Shown here piece after piece: positions 13,051 through 26,164 of a stretch of 64,000 nucleotides of DNA. A model generated the notes under the pieces. It saw only the letters and a list, made by a program, of their open reading frames with translations, was not told the DNA's origin and did not search any database. Origin of the DNA: Lophium mytilinum (taxonomy: Eukaryota); NCBI GenBank assembly GCA_010093605.1, contig MU004189.1:1743834-1807833 (forward strand). The letters are read 5' to 3'. Position numbers and translations under genes: made by a program. How positions within the stretch are numbered: position 1 is the stretch's first letter; the number at the start of each line of letters is the position of its first letter.

Positions 13051-13684
13051 TTTGGGGGGTTGGGGGTGGTTTAGGAGGGAGGTGAAGTGTGGGAAGTGTG
13101 GGACGTGAGCATGGGAGGGAAACGAAGATGTAGCACGAAGAGAGTGGTTGAATTGACAAAGACTGAAATCGAATTGGAAATGGGATATGAGTAGCTTTTG
13201 AATGTCTATAGAGGCATTGAAAGTCCTCGGCGCTACCAACTACGTCTTTTCATCTTGCCTCGTCCACCTCGGCGCGCTGGATTGGGGTGGAGGGGTGATG
13301 TGGAGTCGGTGATTGCGAGTCGCGTTGCGGGGAAGATGGCGGCGATTTGGTGAAGCGTGAAGATCGGCAAGGTTTGCCGAGTGGCTATATGTCGTCTTCA
13401 AAGACCAGCAAAGGGAGGGCATATTGGGTATTTATGTACAAGCTTTGAACTGCGCACACGAGATGTTGAGTAAACGGACCGTCGCTCGATTATAGATCAC
13501 TTGCACACAGGTCTATGGAGTCGCTAGAATGGTATCAAGAAGAAATTAACCGCCATGTACTTTATGTACATCATACCAAAAGAAGCTAGCCCGGCATTGG
13601 GACTTAGCCTTAACAACATCAAGAAAACCCGAAAACCGTCTATGGTATATCACCAAGCCTTTGCCCAAGCGCCCACTGAGTGTA

Positions 13685-15847
13685 TCAACAATACCCAGCA
13701 TCCACACCAACTCTTTGGGTGAAGACAGTTTCATATTGTCCTGCAACTGGGAACTTCGTCGCATCCCCTGGCGTTACTGGAGCTGTAACGACTGAGAGTT
13801 CGATGCCTGGGACAGCCCCTAGGGGAACGTTGTGTTTTTGAACCTATGCCCATTAGGTCAGTATTCATCCAAATGGAAGAACCCAGTAGATCTAAAATAA
13901 CTTACAGATAAGACACGCCAACTCAACTTTGTCTTGAGGTACTCCGTAACAAGATCTATCTCACACAGATCTGCTACCTTGCCATCCTCTACATGCTTTT
14001 TCAGCGTCCATGTGAGCGGAACAGCGGTATTTACCATGCCGGTGCCATTCGTAGAGTGCTTCATGTTGTCCGACGACCAGACCGCAGTAGAGCCGGCAAA
14101 ATTTGGGTGGCTGTTCCAGCATGTCGGGTCCGAATCGTCCCCTGGTGCGTCGCCTACGAAGACGTAGACGAAATAGCCGCCTGACAATGCGAACTTGGGA
14201 GCTTTGATCTGAGCTACGTAGATCTGTTCCATGACGGTTTCAACTTCCTGGATTATGCCAGCTTCACGCTTCTGGTTTGAAGGCGCGGAATCACCGTAGT
14301 GATTTTCGATGGTCTGCAGGAGAGTAGCTGGGTCGTCTGAGATGTCGTCGTATGTGTATCCGAACACCGTGTAATCCCTCACGTCTTGAGAAGTAAAGAA
14401 TTCGCCGCCTGCGGTCTTATGGAAAGGGTAAAGCTCTAAAGCAGCGAAGTTAGCATTAGAAGAGAACTGACGAAAACGACGCTTACCAGAATTCTCATCC
14501 GCAACGGCGTTATTCGGTCTCGCAAAAGTGGTGTATTCCTGGGTTTGGGGCTGTACCCAAGTGTCCCGATGTCCTTTCTGCCACATGGCTGCTATATGAT
14601 CGATGTTGCTAGATTTCATGATCAGTCTACCAGTACTCCGGCGCTAGGGGTATTGACAACAGATAACTGAATCTACTCACAGATGATGGAACATGAATAT
14701 TGGGTCAAAGGACGAATACGGAACATTCGACATATGCCCACCCTCTCCTCCTATCGTCATGTGAACAATGTCATGCACGGATTCCAGACTGTCGCCATCG
14801 TACGAGGAGCTGCTGACGTTGCTGAAGTTGGTTTCCAGGGTTAGAATATGGTGGACACGCTCGCGTAAGTTCAGACTGGTCTTTTGGAGTTCACTGTTGA
14901 CGACATCATTTCGACTGGCGGCATTTGCGTCTTGCGAAGTAGGAATCCGGACAGTGTTCGGGTATTCCGACCACGATAGGTCGTTCTTCTAAGATTAGTT
15001 CATGTATTGGCTTTCCGCGTATGCCCGCGATCGAGTATAGGAAGGACTTACAGGGTCATACAAATCTTTCTTGCTGTTCGAGGGAAATTTGTAGGAGAAG
15101 AGGGGGTTGTCGACCGTTTGATTCCCAGTAGATGTGACGATATTGACTTTAGGCCGCTGAAAGAAATCGGGGAGGGTCGGATCCCCTGATGCAAGATTTC
15201 TTGCCCAGTCAAAGTACGGTACTCTCAGAGTTTCCAGTACCTTGCTATAACGGTCTTTCAACCCACCATTTGGGAACTTAGAGACAGCCGTTCTAGCGTT
15301 CCCCAAAAGGGTTTGCTAGGTTTCTTAGCGAAGGAATGGGCTACAATGGAGTGCTATATGCTCACCTCGATGAGTGCGCAGTACGGCCTGTGCCATGTGA
15401 GGAAAAGATTAGAAGAGTGAGTGCAATAACCTCCGGACCCTCCATCTGCCTGTGGAACACTATCCCACGCTTGCTGCATACCATGAATTCCTAAGGTAGG
15501 GTCAGCAAATGTACATTCTTAAGGAGAACACGCCGGCAAATTCACTCACCCATGATTTTGTACCAGCTGAAGGCATCGTTTGGATCCACCTCCTCCTGCC
15601 ACCACTTCATGCCCAACACAAAGACGTTCCACGCATCCACGTCCTTCTTCAAATCCCGGATCTCAAGTCGAGGATGTACACCACCAACAGGTGATGAAAT
15701 AGCGTGATAATTGCCACGGCGTGCGACTCCTGGCGCCTGACGGTACTCTAGCTCCTCTGCGAGGTGGGATAAGCTGCCAATGGGCTTACAGATAGCAGAA
15801 GATAGTACAGCGAGGACGACTGCAGCGGTGCGGAGGTAGCGCGACAT
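13685..15847 (-). CDS. secreted tyrosinase (type-3 copper) with C-terminal shielding domain
   Basis: Signal peptide MSRYLRTAAVVLAVLSSAIC. CuA region GYCTHSSNLFLTWHRPY, LRVPYFDWA. CuB region ESVHDIVHM...GHMSNVPYSSFDPIFMFHH. Last exon (13685-13843) restored via intron 13844-13905; about 5 introns. Confidence 0.9.
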
Positions 15848-17711
15848 CCTGGGCAGATGTGGAGGGAATCTTAAAGTTACGAGCTAGAGGCCCTTCGGGG
15901 TTCTTTAGGAATGGCCACAGGAGTATCGGTGGATTCGGAAAGTTGGATATGCGGTGAAGACCACGAGTGGGGGATGAGTGTACAATGAGCCGAACAGAAA
16001 TAATCAAGGAAAGGATCAGTTAGTAGTGGAAGCTTGTCGCACCACAAGGCGAGTCTGAGAGAGCGCGAATGATCACAACCGTGCAAGCACGAAGAGAAAC
16101 GAGTGAAGTAGGAAAAGAAACGAAAGAAAAGCAAAAAGACCGTGGAGACACTTTGTGTGACGTGGAGCAGTGTGATGTAGACAGACAGCAACTGGGGGGT
16201 AGACGGTGAATATAGGTGTCCATTAATTTAACGGATCCTAGCTGCAGTACTGGGCCCATGCGAAGATCCTTATGTCCGTTGAAGATAGGACCTTCGAAGA
16301 TCCTCCACAGCTACGCATTGCCTAGTTTGGGGTAGGGACAGAGAGACAGCAACTGTTTGCAGACAGCGTCATTCCGTCCGCGGGAGAAGACACAGCACTC
16401 GCAGGATTCAACTGCAGTAGACTAAACGTTGTGTCGGCCAACACGAGGTGGAGAATGAAGCGTATAACCAGGGCCGTAGATCTATACTTAGTCCTCGCAA
16501 AGCAGATTGGCTGTCTGCCTAGGTAGTTCTAGTGAAAGATGACACTGCGCCGGTCACGATGCGGTGCTTGGCCACTCTCGTTCCATCCATCGGGGAGCCA
16601 GTCTCGCATCTGCGTAGACACAGAGACGGCACAAGTAATCCAACGGGCGTACTCGGAGCAGGCGGCATCCTGCATATTCTGCGTATCCTGCATGTGGTGG
16701 AGCGAGGTAGGTGCGTCGTTCCTCCAGGAAGTATTCCTACGGCATACTGCAGAACTGAGTCGTAGATCTACAGCACGTCCATGCCTCTGAAACACAACGT
16801 TTGCAAATCTTGGACAACGTCGTGCACACTTTCCAGCGGCCCACAGGGCGACATGTTCAGCACACGATGCAGTGCCCTGAGACCTGGTCTAACACGCGAT
16901 TCAATTCTCTGCAGGGCCGTCCTCATTCATCAACTCGCATCCAGGAACCGTCATGTGCAACCAGACCGACATCATGGAAGCGGGTACATGGTGTAACCCT
17001 GTCGCCCTCACCACTGTCATGTTTCTCGATTTTCCAGCCACACTAATCACCGCTGTATAGTATGTTGGTTGTTGGGGGAGGCGGAGTCGCGCCGCGGCTG
17101 TGCTGGCTCCCAGTCCTGTCATCAATCTCGCGAGATGGGCAGTATATTCATAGACAAATACCCAACGAGACCATTGCTGCTCTGAGTTAGTTGCGAGTGA
17201 GGCCACTTGTACATCCTGAGCTGCCTGCAAGCAGTCCACTGCGTGAGACAAAAAGGCCCAACGGCGGTCAACACTACGTGGCTGGCGATGTAAGGGGTGC
17301 ACTCGCACGATTTGCCCACGAGAGGGCAACGAGGCTATAAGAAAGCTTCTGTGGTCTTGATCCACTCAAGCCTCGAATGGGACTGTAAGGAGCAGTAATG
17401 CACTGCAAGGGCGACAAAGATGACGCTTCGCCACGAGAATCGAGTGAGTCTAGACTTGGGACGATGTGTGAAGCACGACGAAAGCACGTACGATAGATTA
17501 TGATAACGTGCATCACGTTTCCATGACCCAGCCGAGACAGACAGATAATTCTGTGACCAATTGTCTTCCAGAACGCCATAGTAGCCTCGGTATAGTTGTA
17601 CACCCCGAAAAGAAACCGACCGCAACAGACGCCAGGGACCACGAACCCAGTCCCTCAATTTCTCTGACCAAGTCCCTCACGGCACTTCATCTTGTGCAAC
17701 TTCTCAGCCTC

Positions 17712-20003
17712 CTAATCCTCCCCGGACTCATGCACCTCCGTCCCATGGAAAGCATCACCAAAGGCCGAGTCCTCTAATGCGAGACCAAGATCATCGTCTG
17801 CGTTCGCGTAGTCAGCCAGGGCATCGCCAGCTGTATCCAGATTGTCGAAGCTGAAAGAGTCCGTCGTATCAAACAGTCCCGTGCCAGTTTCAGTATTGGA
17901 AGCGGGTGCAGCGGCTCGTGCAGAAGTCGCTGTGGAGTTGTCGGCTTTGGGCTGCCCGCCGGTGGTTTGCGGAGCGTTCGCGGCCTCATTAACCATGACC
18001 CAGTCACCCTCACCCTCGCTGCCCTTGCCATCCCCCATTCCTGCCATTTCCACATCCAAGTCCATTAGATCGTTTGCCCCGTCGCTCTGCCCCATCAATG
18101 TTGAGCTCCCTACGCCTGGAGTCCCCACGGAAGATATAGCTCCGCTGCCAGTCTGCGCACCATGCAGCACGGCGGGATTAGCGGGTGTGGTGGCCAGCGA
18201 TGTCGAGCCGCCATACTGGTCTAGTAGGCTTGCGGCGGTGTTATCTGCGTCCATAGCACTCTCTTCGAGCAAACCATTCAACGCACTGTCGTCGTTTCCA
18301 TTGCTCTCATATGCAGCACCCTGTCCATTGGTACCGCCATTACCATGTCCAGTGCCGTTGACCGGTTGCTGGACCTGTACAGGCTGGACCTGCTCCTCGA
18401 TGAAGCCACCTTTGTCTACACAGATGACGCTCTTTTGCGTCCCGATTTTGACCCCCAGCAATGCCTCGATTTCTGCAACAATAGCATCCGGTTTCTCTTC
18501 GTCTTTGGGTGTTTCCGCACGGGGCGGTTGTGGACTCAACTCATCACCTGTCTCTTCTGGCAGAGTGGTAGAAATGTTGTGACCAGGGCTATGCGCAGCT
18601 TCTCGCAACCTACGTTCTGCCTTGATGTAGGTTTTGCTGCGCTTGAGGTTGGCAAGTTTGCGGGCGTGGTCAGCGCGCATCTTCGCGAGCTCGGCCTCTT
18701 CCTTTTTGGTGTACTCCTCTACGCGCTTTTCAAAGTCCGCAAGCTGCTCAGGGTCAAGTTTGTGGTAGCTCTTCGACTTGTTCGGGGCGCTTGGAAGAGA
18801 GTCCGCTGATGGGGCATCGAGAAGGCCGTCCGTCAGAGGCGCGAGTTCTCCCATAAGCCCTAGACCAAGATCAACAGGGAGAATCTGGCCGACGGCGTAG
18901 GGGGATGAGAAAACTTCTTCCATCCACTCATGATGTTGCGTGTAACGCATGGTGCTGATCTCACGGGGAGTGAGGTGATCGAGCAGGTCTCCAAGGGTGG
19001 TGTTTTCTTCATCTTCTATGCTCGTATCAGCGCCGACTGCAGTTGGTGGCATCCCAGGACCGCCGACTGTTCCTGGCATTTGTGAGGGTGGTACTTGGCG
19101 CATGCGCTTAGCCGGGGGGCCTCCGGGCGTTGGCGCCTGTGGTTGTTGGTAGTATTGAGCCTGTCTTGCCATGGCACCACCCATTGGCTGCATTGGATTG
19201 AACATCGGGCGTCCTTGGGCGGCCATGTTGTGCATTTGACTACTAGGAGCGAACTTCACGTCTGGCCAGTTGCCCCTGTCTCGAAGCATAAATTCCTTCC
19301 GCTGCAATTGTCCTTGTTTTTCGAGGTAGATCCGCTCTTGTATAACTCTTTGAACGTCGGGCCGGATTTGGATTTGAGCCGCGGGGAATCTGCAATCTGG
19401 CGCAGCTTGTGTGTAGTGTACGATCCAGAGATTAGGGTCAAAAGGTGCATTGGCCGCCGGGTTCTTGTCGATGATGCGATATCTATGGCGAGAGTGAGTT
19501 GCTAATTGTTCAACGCCGTAGCGACATCCACTACGGTGAACGAGGATTTCTAGGGTCTGTTCGCGGGTGAAAGGTTAGAACTCAGCACTGTCGCGAACTA
19601 TAAGGGTTACTCACATAACCTCGAATGTCGATTTTGTATGATGTTTCCTCGTCTGCCCAAGTATAACCATCGCTCGCAAAGCTGTTACCCATATGGGGAG
19701 GCTGCCATGTTAAGATAACGGTGCCGTCGGGAGGTGGAGCCTGAAAGTACGTCCATGCGACAGGTTGCGCATCGTTCACAATCTTAGGAGCGTTGAGAAG
19801 ATAATCCAGGGCAATATTGGGTTGGAGCTGCGCTTGATGGGGAAATCGGTAGGAGGATACCAAATGTACATGAGGCAACTAGTAAAGTCAGCGCATCTGG
19901 GTTGGGGGCATTGGCTTCCGTAAAGACTACTCACTACAAACTGGGGAACATTGCTGCTGGGATCTTGTCCCATTCGGACATCCACATGATTCTGAGCCAT
20001 CAT
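17712..20003 (-). CDS. SSR4: SWI/SNF and RSC complex subunit Ssr4 (DUF1750)
   Basis: N-terminal PHVHLVSSYRFP...DGTVILTWQPP...FASDGYTWAD and central GDLLDHLTPREISTMRYTQHHEWMEEVFSSPY match the family. Two 5' introns. Confidence 0.82.
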
Positions 20004-20422
20004 TTTGCTGACGAGAATGCCACAGGCAGCGCGTTGGTGGAGGTATGGTGAATGCGCGTGGGGAGCTTCGATGTTGCAGTGGTTTCTGAAGTCGCGTTGA
20101 AAGACGCTAGGTAGTATTCGTGTTGGGTCACGTGACTATATAATTTTGCATTATCGACACCGGCGCACCTGACAGCAATCTGGACAGTATTTCAGCCATG
20201 TACGCATGCAAAGGTCCAAAGTGTGAGAAGATTTGAGCTTCAATTGATTTTATCCGCTCCGAGTGGGTTGACTGCCCAGTATGGCTCCGATGATATCCAG
20301 CAACCTTGAGAACCAGAATTACAGTAAGCTTGATGTAAGCCATGCTACCCGGAATCTTCGAAAGAGAAGTGTGACATGTGGCCATACTTCATACCCAACA
20401 CTCCGTTCCAATGACTTAGTCG

Positions 20423-21445
20423 CTATCCCCCTTTCCTCGGGGCAATCGGCGTAGCAACCGACACCCTTGGGTTCTGAGCCTGGGCTTGAGGCTGCTGGCC
20501 TTGCTGCGGTCCTGCTCCTGATTTCTTCTTCGCGAAGAAGTTCTCCAGCACCTTTTTCACGTGCGGGATACTCTGCTGCTTGCCCTGCGGCGCCTTGCAG
20601 TCTTCAAGAGAATATGGCTTGGAGATGATGACGGCGTCGTTGACAATGATGTCGGTATCGTGCCAGCGGCATGGAAGACTATATTGCCATATGATTGGTT
20701 AGCAGCGGTTGAGGAAAATGGCCCCGGGTTATTATCTGGGCCAGAAAGGATGTATAAGGCAACCCACGTTCTAGCCAACGCGTCGAAGATCTCTTGTGCC
20801 TCCTTGCTGACGCCTCGTCCTCTCATCGCATCGCGTTCCTTGATCTTCCTGATTGTAGCCTCCTCCCTAGCCCTGACAGCATCGAGATCAACCTTTGCAA
20901 TGCTTGGTAGAGCCCCGTCAAAGCCGGGAGCTGATCCCTCAACCCGCTCTCCCGCGCCCAGCAATTCAATGTTCAGGATGTGCGCGAAGGGGATGATATG
21001 GTAGTCGCCTGGCTGGGACGAAATGGTCGCAGAGGGATTGGGGGGTGCGGGGGTGGTGTTGATGGCGATGGCGTGGGTTATGTTGCAGGTTGTAAAGAGG
21101 GTTCCTTCAAGAACGGTATTATACGGTGCAACGGTGATTTTGATGCTGTTTTCAACGAATATAAGCTTGATTCATCCATATTGGTAGGTCATAGGCTCTG
21201 GATCCCGTCCTCACTGGAAATCCCCATGCAACTCCAGCTGTTGTGTTTGCTGATCCGTTGCGCAAGACACGATGGGATGGGAGATTGCGAGTTTTGGGCA
21301 GGGAACTGAGAGAGAGAGGGCGAACATACCGCGCGCCAACCGCCTTGTAGAGGATAGAGTCCGAATCGATCACATCTTTCCCGCCTGCAACCTTCGGTGT
21401 CGCAATCTTGCCCGCCGTAGCCTGTCTCTTGTGATCCGCAGCCAT
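20423..21445 (-). CDS. LSM12: Lsm12-like protein (Sm fold plus anticodon-binding domain)
   Basis: Spliced product: AVGARIKITV...LEGTLF...GDYHIIP...GRGVSKEAQEIFDALARTLPCRWHDTDIIVNDAVIISKPY. Introns ~21146-21329 and ~20680-20767. Confidence 0.82.
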
Positions 21446-22208
21446 GCTTCCCACGGCTTGCTCTTCTGCTTCTCGTGCTCACTGCCTCGGAAGAGAGAAC
21501 CGGGTCGCGATTTCTTTTTTTGTCGAGGCCGTAGAGCTTGTATTCTCCTGGAATCTTCTGACTGTGAGAGGTCTCTCTGGCTTCGGGAGCCTCTGCTGAG
21601 CGCGCGCCCTGTCCGTCAACGCCGACGCATGTAATCAAAGAAAAGGGAGGAAGCAAAAGAGCGACAAGAAAAGCAGAAGCAGCCTAGAAGACGAAAGTAA
21701 GGTGGCCTTGGTAGAGCGTGCAGCTCGGAGGTGGATGCACAGGGTGAAGTTCCGATGGCTTGGCAACAGGTAATAAATTAGGTACGTCAGTTTGCACCGA
21801 CACAGCGCTTTGTTTTGCTTAACGAGATTATAAGACCGGCAGAACCAGAAGCACTACCGACATCATGAATGTGCCTTGTAGGTATGAGGTAAGTCAGCGG
21901 GTTCAGAATTCCAGATACAGCCATTCATCGAGGTGCACAGACCAATCTGACTACTTCGTACCGTTGGCAGAATAGCCGTCACCACATATCGCTCTACTCA
22001 TCGTCTCAGCTATCAGACACTTTTCATCACTACAGAAGCACTACAATCTCCAAATGGTGAACGCCTCTCTCATTTCTCAATTTGACTTTCGTATGTATGC
22101 ACATGTTGTCACAGTACGGAAGCCCAGTGCAGCCCAAGCGCGCCTATTGTGAATGTGCCTTTATATCTATGCCGCGAGCGAGCTCTCCAGAGTGCCAAGA
22201 ACCTCTTC

Positions 22209-24200
22209 TTATGCGGTGTAAGTCGACGCCGAGATGTTTCCTCCCCGTCCAGTCCAATTGACGTGGATGTCCTTGCCCTCTGGGTAGTCGGCGTTGGCGG
22301 CTTCGGGCTTGACGCGGAAAGTGTGGGCACCGAAGTAATCTCTCTGTGCCTGCAGCAGGTTGGCGGGCAGGTCCTTGGAGCGGTAACCGTCGTAGAAGCT
22401 CAACGCAGTGCTGAAGGCTGGGGTGGGGATACCCCACAGGGCGCCCTTGCTGACGATGTCTCTCCAGCCGGGTTGAGCCTATTGTTGTGTCAGTATCTTG
22501 CAGATTCACAATACGCGGAGGCACTTACCTTGTGGATAGCCTTGTTGAAGAAGTCGTCGAATAGAAGGTTCTCTAGGTCGGGGTTCGCACGGTACCTGAA
22601 TCGGTGAGTCAACACACTACTATTACCAATGTTCTACGGGTTGCTTACGCCTTGGTGATGTCCTTGAGGAAGACGGATCGAATGATGCAGCCACCACGCC
22701 ACATGAGGGCAATTTCGGGCTTGTTCAGCTTCCACTTGTACTCCTTTGCGGCCTTTCCATTCGTCAGCACGAGTCCACTGCTATCTTGATATGAAGACTC
22801 ACATTTTGGATCAGCATGAATCCTTGGGCGTACGAGATAATCTTAGATGCGTAGAGGGCCTGTTCGAGGTTCGCCAGGAATTGCTTCTTGTCGCCGGTGA
22901 AGCTAGGAGTTGGTCCGTCAAGGACCTTAGCAGCACGACCACGCTCAGCCTTTAGAGAGCTGAGGCAGCGAGCGAAGACGGCCTCACCAATCAAGGTGAC
23001 GGGCATACCAAGGTCCAATGCGTTGATGGCGGTCCACTTTCCAGTACCTTTCTGTCCGGCAGAGTCAAGAATCTTCTCAACGATAGGTTGTCCGTCCTTG
23101 TCATCGTTCTTGTACATGATGTCGCGGGTGATCTCGATGAGGAATGAGTCGAGAACGCCCTTGTTCCACTCAGTGAAGACGTCACCGATCTCCTTATCCT
23201 CTAGATCGAGACCGCGCTTCATGATGTCGTAGGCCTGGAAAGGTCAGGGATTTTCTCTTCATTTCAAGTGGGTCTCCTCGTACCTCGCAGATCAACTGCA
23301 TGTCACCGTACTCAATACCGTTGTGGACCATCTTCACGTAGTGGCCAGCACCCTCGTCACCAACCCATTGGCAGCAAGCTTCGCCGTCAGACTTGGCAGA
23401 GATGGATTGTAGCACGTCCTAGCGACTGTTAGGACCGAAGCAGGGATTAGCTAAGACTTGACTGACCTTGATGTATGGCCAGGCCTCTGTGCAAAGGTTA
23501 GTCCCAATCTGTCAAATATGCTATAGAAGCGCGCCGTACCTTCGTTGCCACCGGGCATGATACTGGGGCCATAACGGGCACCCTCCTCACCACCGGAGAC
23601 ACCGGTTCCAACGAATCGGATTCCCTTGGCCGAAAGATACTTGGTACGGCGGTTGGTGTCGGGGAAATGTGAGTTACCGCCGTCAATGATGATGTCGCCC
23701 TCCTCGACACCACCGTTCAGGAGGAGCTCGATGAAGTCGTCGACGGGCTTGCCAGCCATGACGAGCATCATCATGCGGCGTGGCTTCTTAAGCTTGGACA
23801 CGAACTCCTCGATGGAGTGGGCGCCGACAATGGACTTGCCCTTGGCCTCTGGACCATTGGTCAGCGCTGTCTTGGGTGAAATTTGGGGTGTCAACGTACC
23901 ATCTCCGAGGAAACGGTCGACCTTGGCCACCTGTTCTTTTGTCAGTTTCCTTCTTCTCACATCTGGGCGGCGGACTTACGGTGCGGTTGAATGCCACAAC
24001 AGTGAAGCCATGATCCGCGCTTTCCGGGTCTTAGTACGTGTTTGCGCGAGCGAGGCGGGACGAGGGGCTGCTTACGCATTGAGGATCAGATTCTGGCCCA
24101 TAACCTGCGGCGCGTATTAGCAATGGCTCTGCAAGAGTTCAGCGTGCACAGTACTCACGGCCAGGCCAATGAGGCCGAAATCTCCAACGGGCTCAGCCAT
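22209..24200 (-). CDS. GND1: 6-phosphogluconate dehydrogenase, decarboxylating
   Basis: Motifs [64 protein letters not shown] and [12 protein letters not shown]. About 10 short introns. Confidence 0.97.
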
Positions 24201-25117
24201 TGTTGGGAATGGAGGGGTGGTGGGACTGCGAAAGGTTTGATGGCGGGGTAGCAGCGCTCGTCGAGAGGGCTGGATGGCGGGGCGATGGAGTGTGAGTTTG
24301 CGGTGAGTTCGGCAGCGGGATGCTGATAGAGTCCAATGGAGCAGAATTCTGGCTGCGGAGAGAGGTGTAGCAACAGAGTCTCAGACTGGAGGGGCAGTGC
24401 CACAGTGCTATATCTTTGATGACCCAGCAAGTGCCTAGGTGCTAGGCCTTTCCTGCATGGCCCGCTGCCCGGCATGGATCAATCACGGCCGGGCACCGGA
24501 GATTCAGCAATAATTGCCAGTGTCGGCCGCGGGCCCTAGCCGTGAAGACCATGAGTAGTCTGCCTAGATGATGCTGGATACTAATCCGTCCCATTGCCTG
24601 CGCCGCTGCCCGCGCTGTTCTCACCGCGGGCTGGCAGTACTGGCAGCGGGGTGAAGCTGCGCACGTTGACGAATAGTACGCCGAAGCAGCCAACGTCGCA
24701 GCGAAGTTCGTTGGCCCCCGTTCGCCGAAAACTTCCTCCATCAACCACACACCCGTGCAACCAGGCCGACGCCCAACGAGCATCAGATCCCGACGAAGCC
24801 GGCCTCTGCCACTCGGCCACCCGCGCTAATCCTTGGCGTCACCGTGAATACACCTTCAGTCAGCGTTCTCGTCATCGTCGTGCAGCCACGGCCGGCCTCA
24901 AACTCGACCAGCAACCACACGTGCACGCCTACGGAACCTTCACGACCAGGCCGTGCGCCGTTTGTCCCATCCTTCTCCACCGCTGCTCCACCACTGCTCC
25001 ACCACCCACGCCACGACCCTTGCTGTGACGGCCGTCTACTGCTTGCTGTCTTACCCGTCACCGATCTGGGCTGCGTCGTAAGTCGCCAACCTCCAAAACT
25101 TAGTCCGCCCGTTCATC

Positions 25118-26164
25118 ATGTCCTCGTACCCCACGCCACCAGGTCGCAATTCTGCCTCACCACATCCGTCGCTGCCAGCGCGCCCGCCCCCGTCTTCGAA
25201 CCACCATGTCTTCAAGCCGACCGTCAGCAGTGGAGCTGCAACCTTCTTCAAGCCGCGCACCGTAGGCCCTCCGCCGCCTATCGTGGCTACCGCACCGTCC
25301 CCCAGCTATGGAATCTCTCAACCCTCTTACTCTGCCGGTGGGTATCAGACAGCTTCTTACCCAGGCCAAGCTCAATACTACCAACAGCAGCCTGAGCATT
25401 TCGCGCCAGCCACTCCCCATATCGTCAATCCGTTTCCCCTGCCTGGCCAGGGACCAAACGCTCGCGCCGGCTATGACCCTGAGATGGATGCCCAAATGGC
25501 GCAATGGCAGAGTGCCTATACTTCCACGAAAGATGACGGAAAGGGCACCGGCAAGAGCGGGCGCGGCGAAGGTCTCTTGTCTGCCGGAGGCGCAAACGCG
25601 ATCCCGCTGGGTGGCCGATCTGGAACTCACACTCCGTTCGAGGGCGCAGCAGCTGAAGCAGGCCCAGCCCTGAATTCTGTCGACGGAGCTGCAGCTGCTA
25701 AACCGAAAACCGTGGTGCGCACCGGAGGTGGAAAGACCTGGAATGATGATACTCTCATCCAGTGGGACCCCAACCACCCCCGGATCTTTGTCGGCAATCT
25801 CGCGGGCGAGGTCACCGATGACTCACTCCTAAAGGCCTTCTCCAAGTATGGCTCTGTCCAGAAGGCTCGCGTCGTCAGGGACAATCGCACCAACAAGAGC
25901 AAGGGATACGGCTTCGTCAGCTTTAGCAACACGGACGACTTCTTCAATGCAGCCAAGGATATGAACGGAAAGTACATCGGCAGTCACCCTGTGCAGATTA
26001 AGCGCGCCAATACCGAGATCAAAGTGTCGACTATCCCCGACAAGAAGCAGAAGAACGCAAGAAATGGAAAGCAAGGCGGAGGTCGGCAGACCACGGGAGC
26101 CGGCATTCAGAAGCCCCAGCAGCCGGCGCATAGGCACAAATCGGGACCACGCATGCTGGGCTGA
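25118..26164 (+). CDS. RRM RNA-binding protein, RBM42-like
   Basis: TVVRTGGGKTWNDDTLIQWDPNHPRIFVGNLAGEVTDD...KSKGYGFVSF (RNP1)...MNGKYIGSHPVQIKRA is the RBM42-type RRM with its preceding W-x-D-x-T-L-x-x-W signature. Confidence 0.85.
   Translation: MSSYPTPPGRNSASPHPSLPARPPPSSNHHVFKPTVSSGAATFFKPRTVGPPPPIVATAPSPSYGISQPSYSAGGYQTASYPGQAQYYQQQPEHFAPATPHIVNPFPLPGQGPNARAGYDPEMDAQMAQWQSAYTSTKDDGKGTGKSGRGEGLLSAGGANAIPLGGRSGTHTPFEGAAAEAGPALNSVDGAAAAKPKTVVRTGGGKTWNDDTLIQWDPNHPRIFVGNLAGEVTDDSLLKAFSKYGSVQKARVVRDNRTNKSKGYGFVSFSNTDDFFNAAKDMNGKYIGSHPVQIKRANTEIKVSTIPDKKQKNARNGKQGGGRQTTGAGIQKPQQPAHRHKSGPRMLG

Noticed and set aside
21146..21329. Longer-than-usual LSM12 intron as a snoRNA host
   Set aside because: No convincing C/D box pair or H/ACA architecture was seen by eye.
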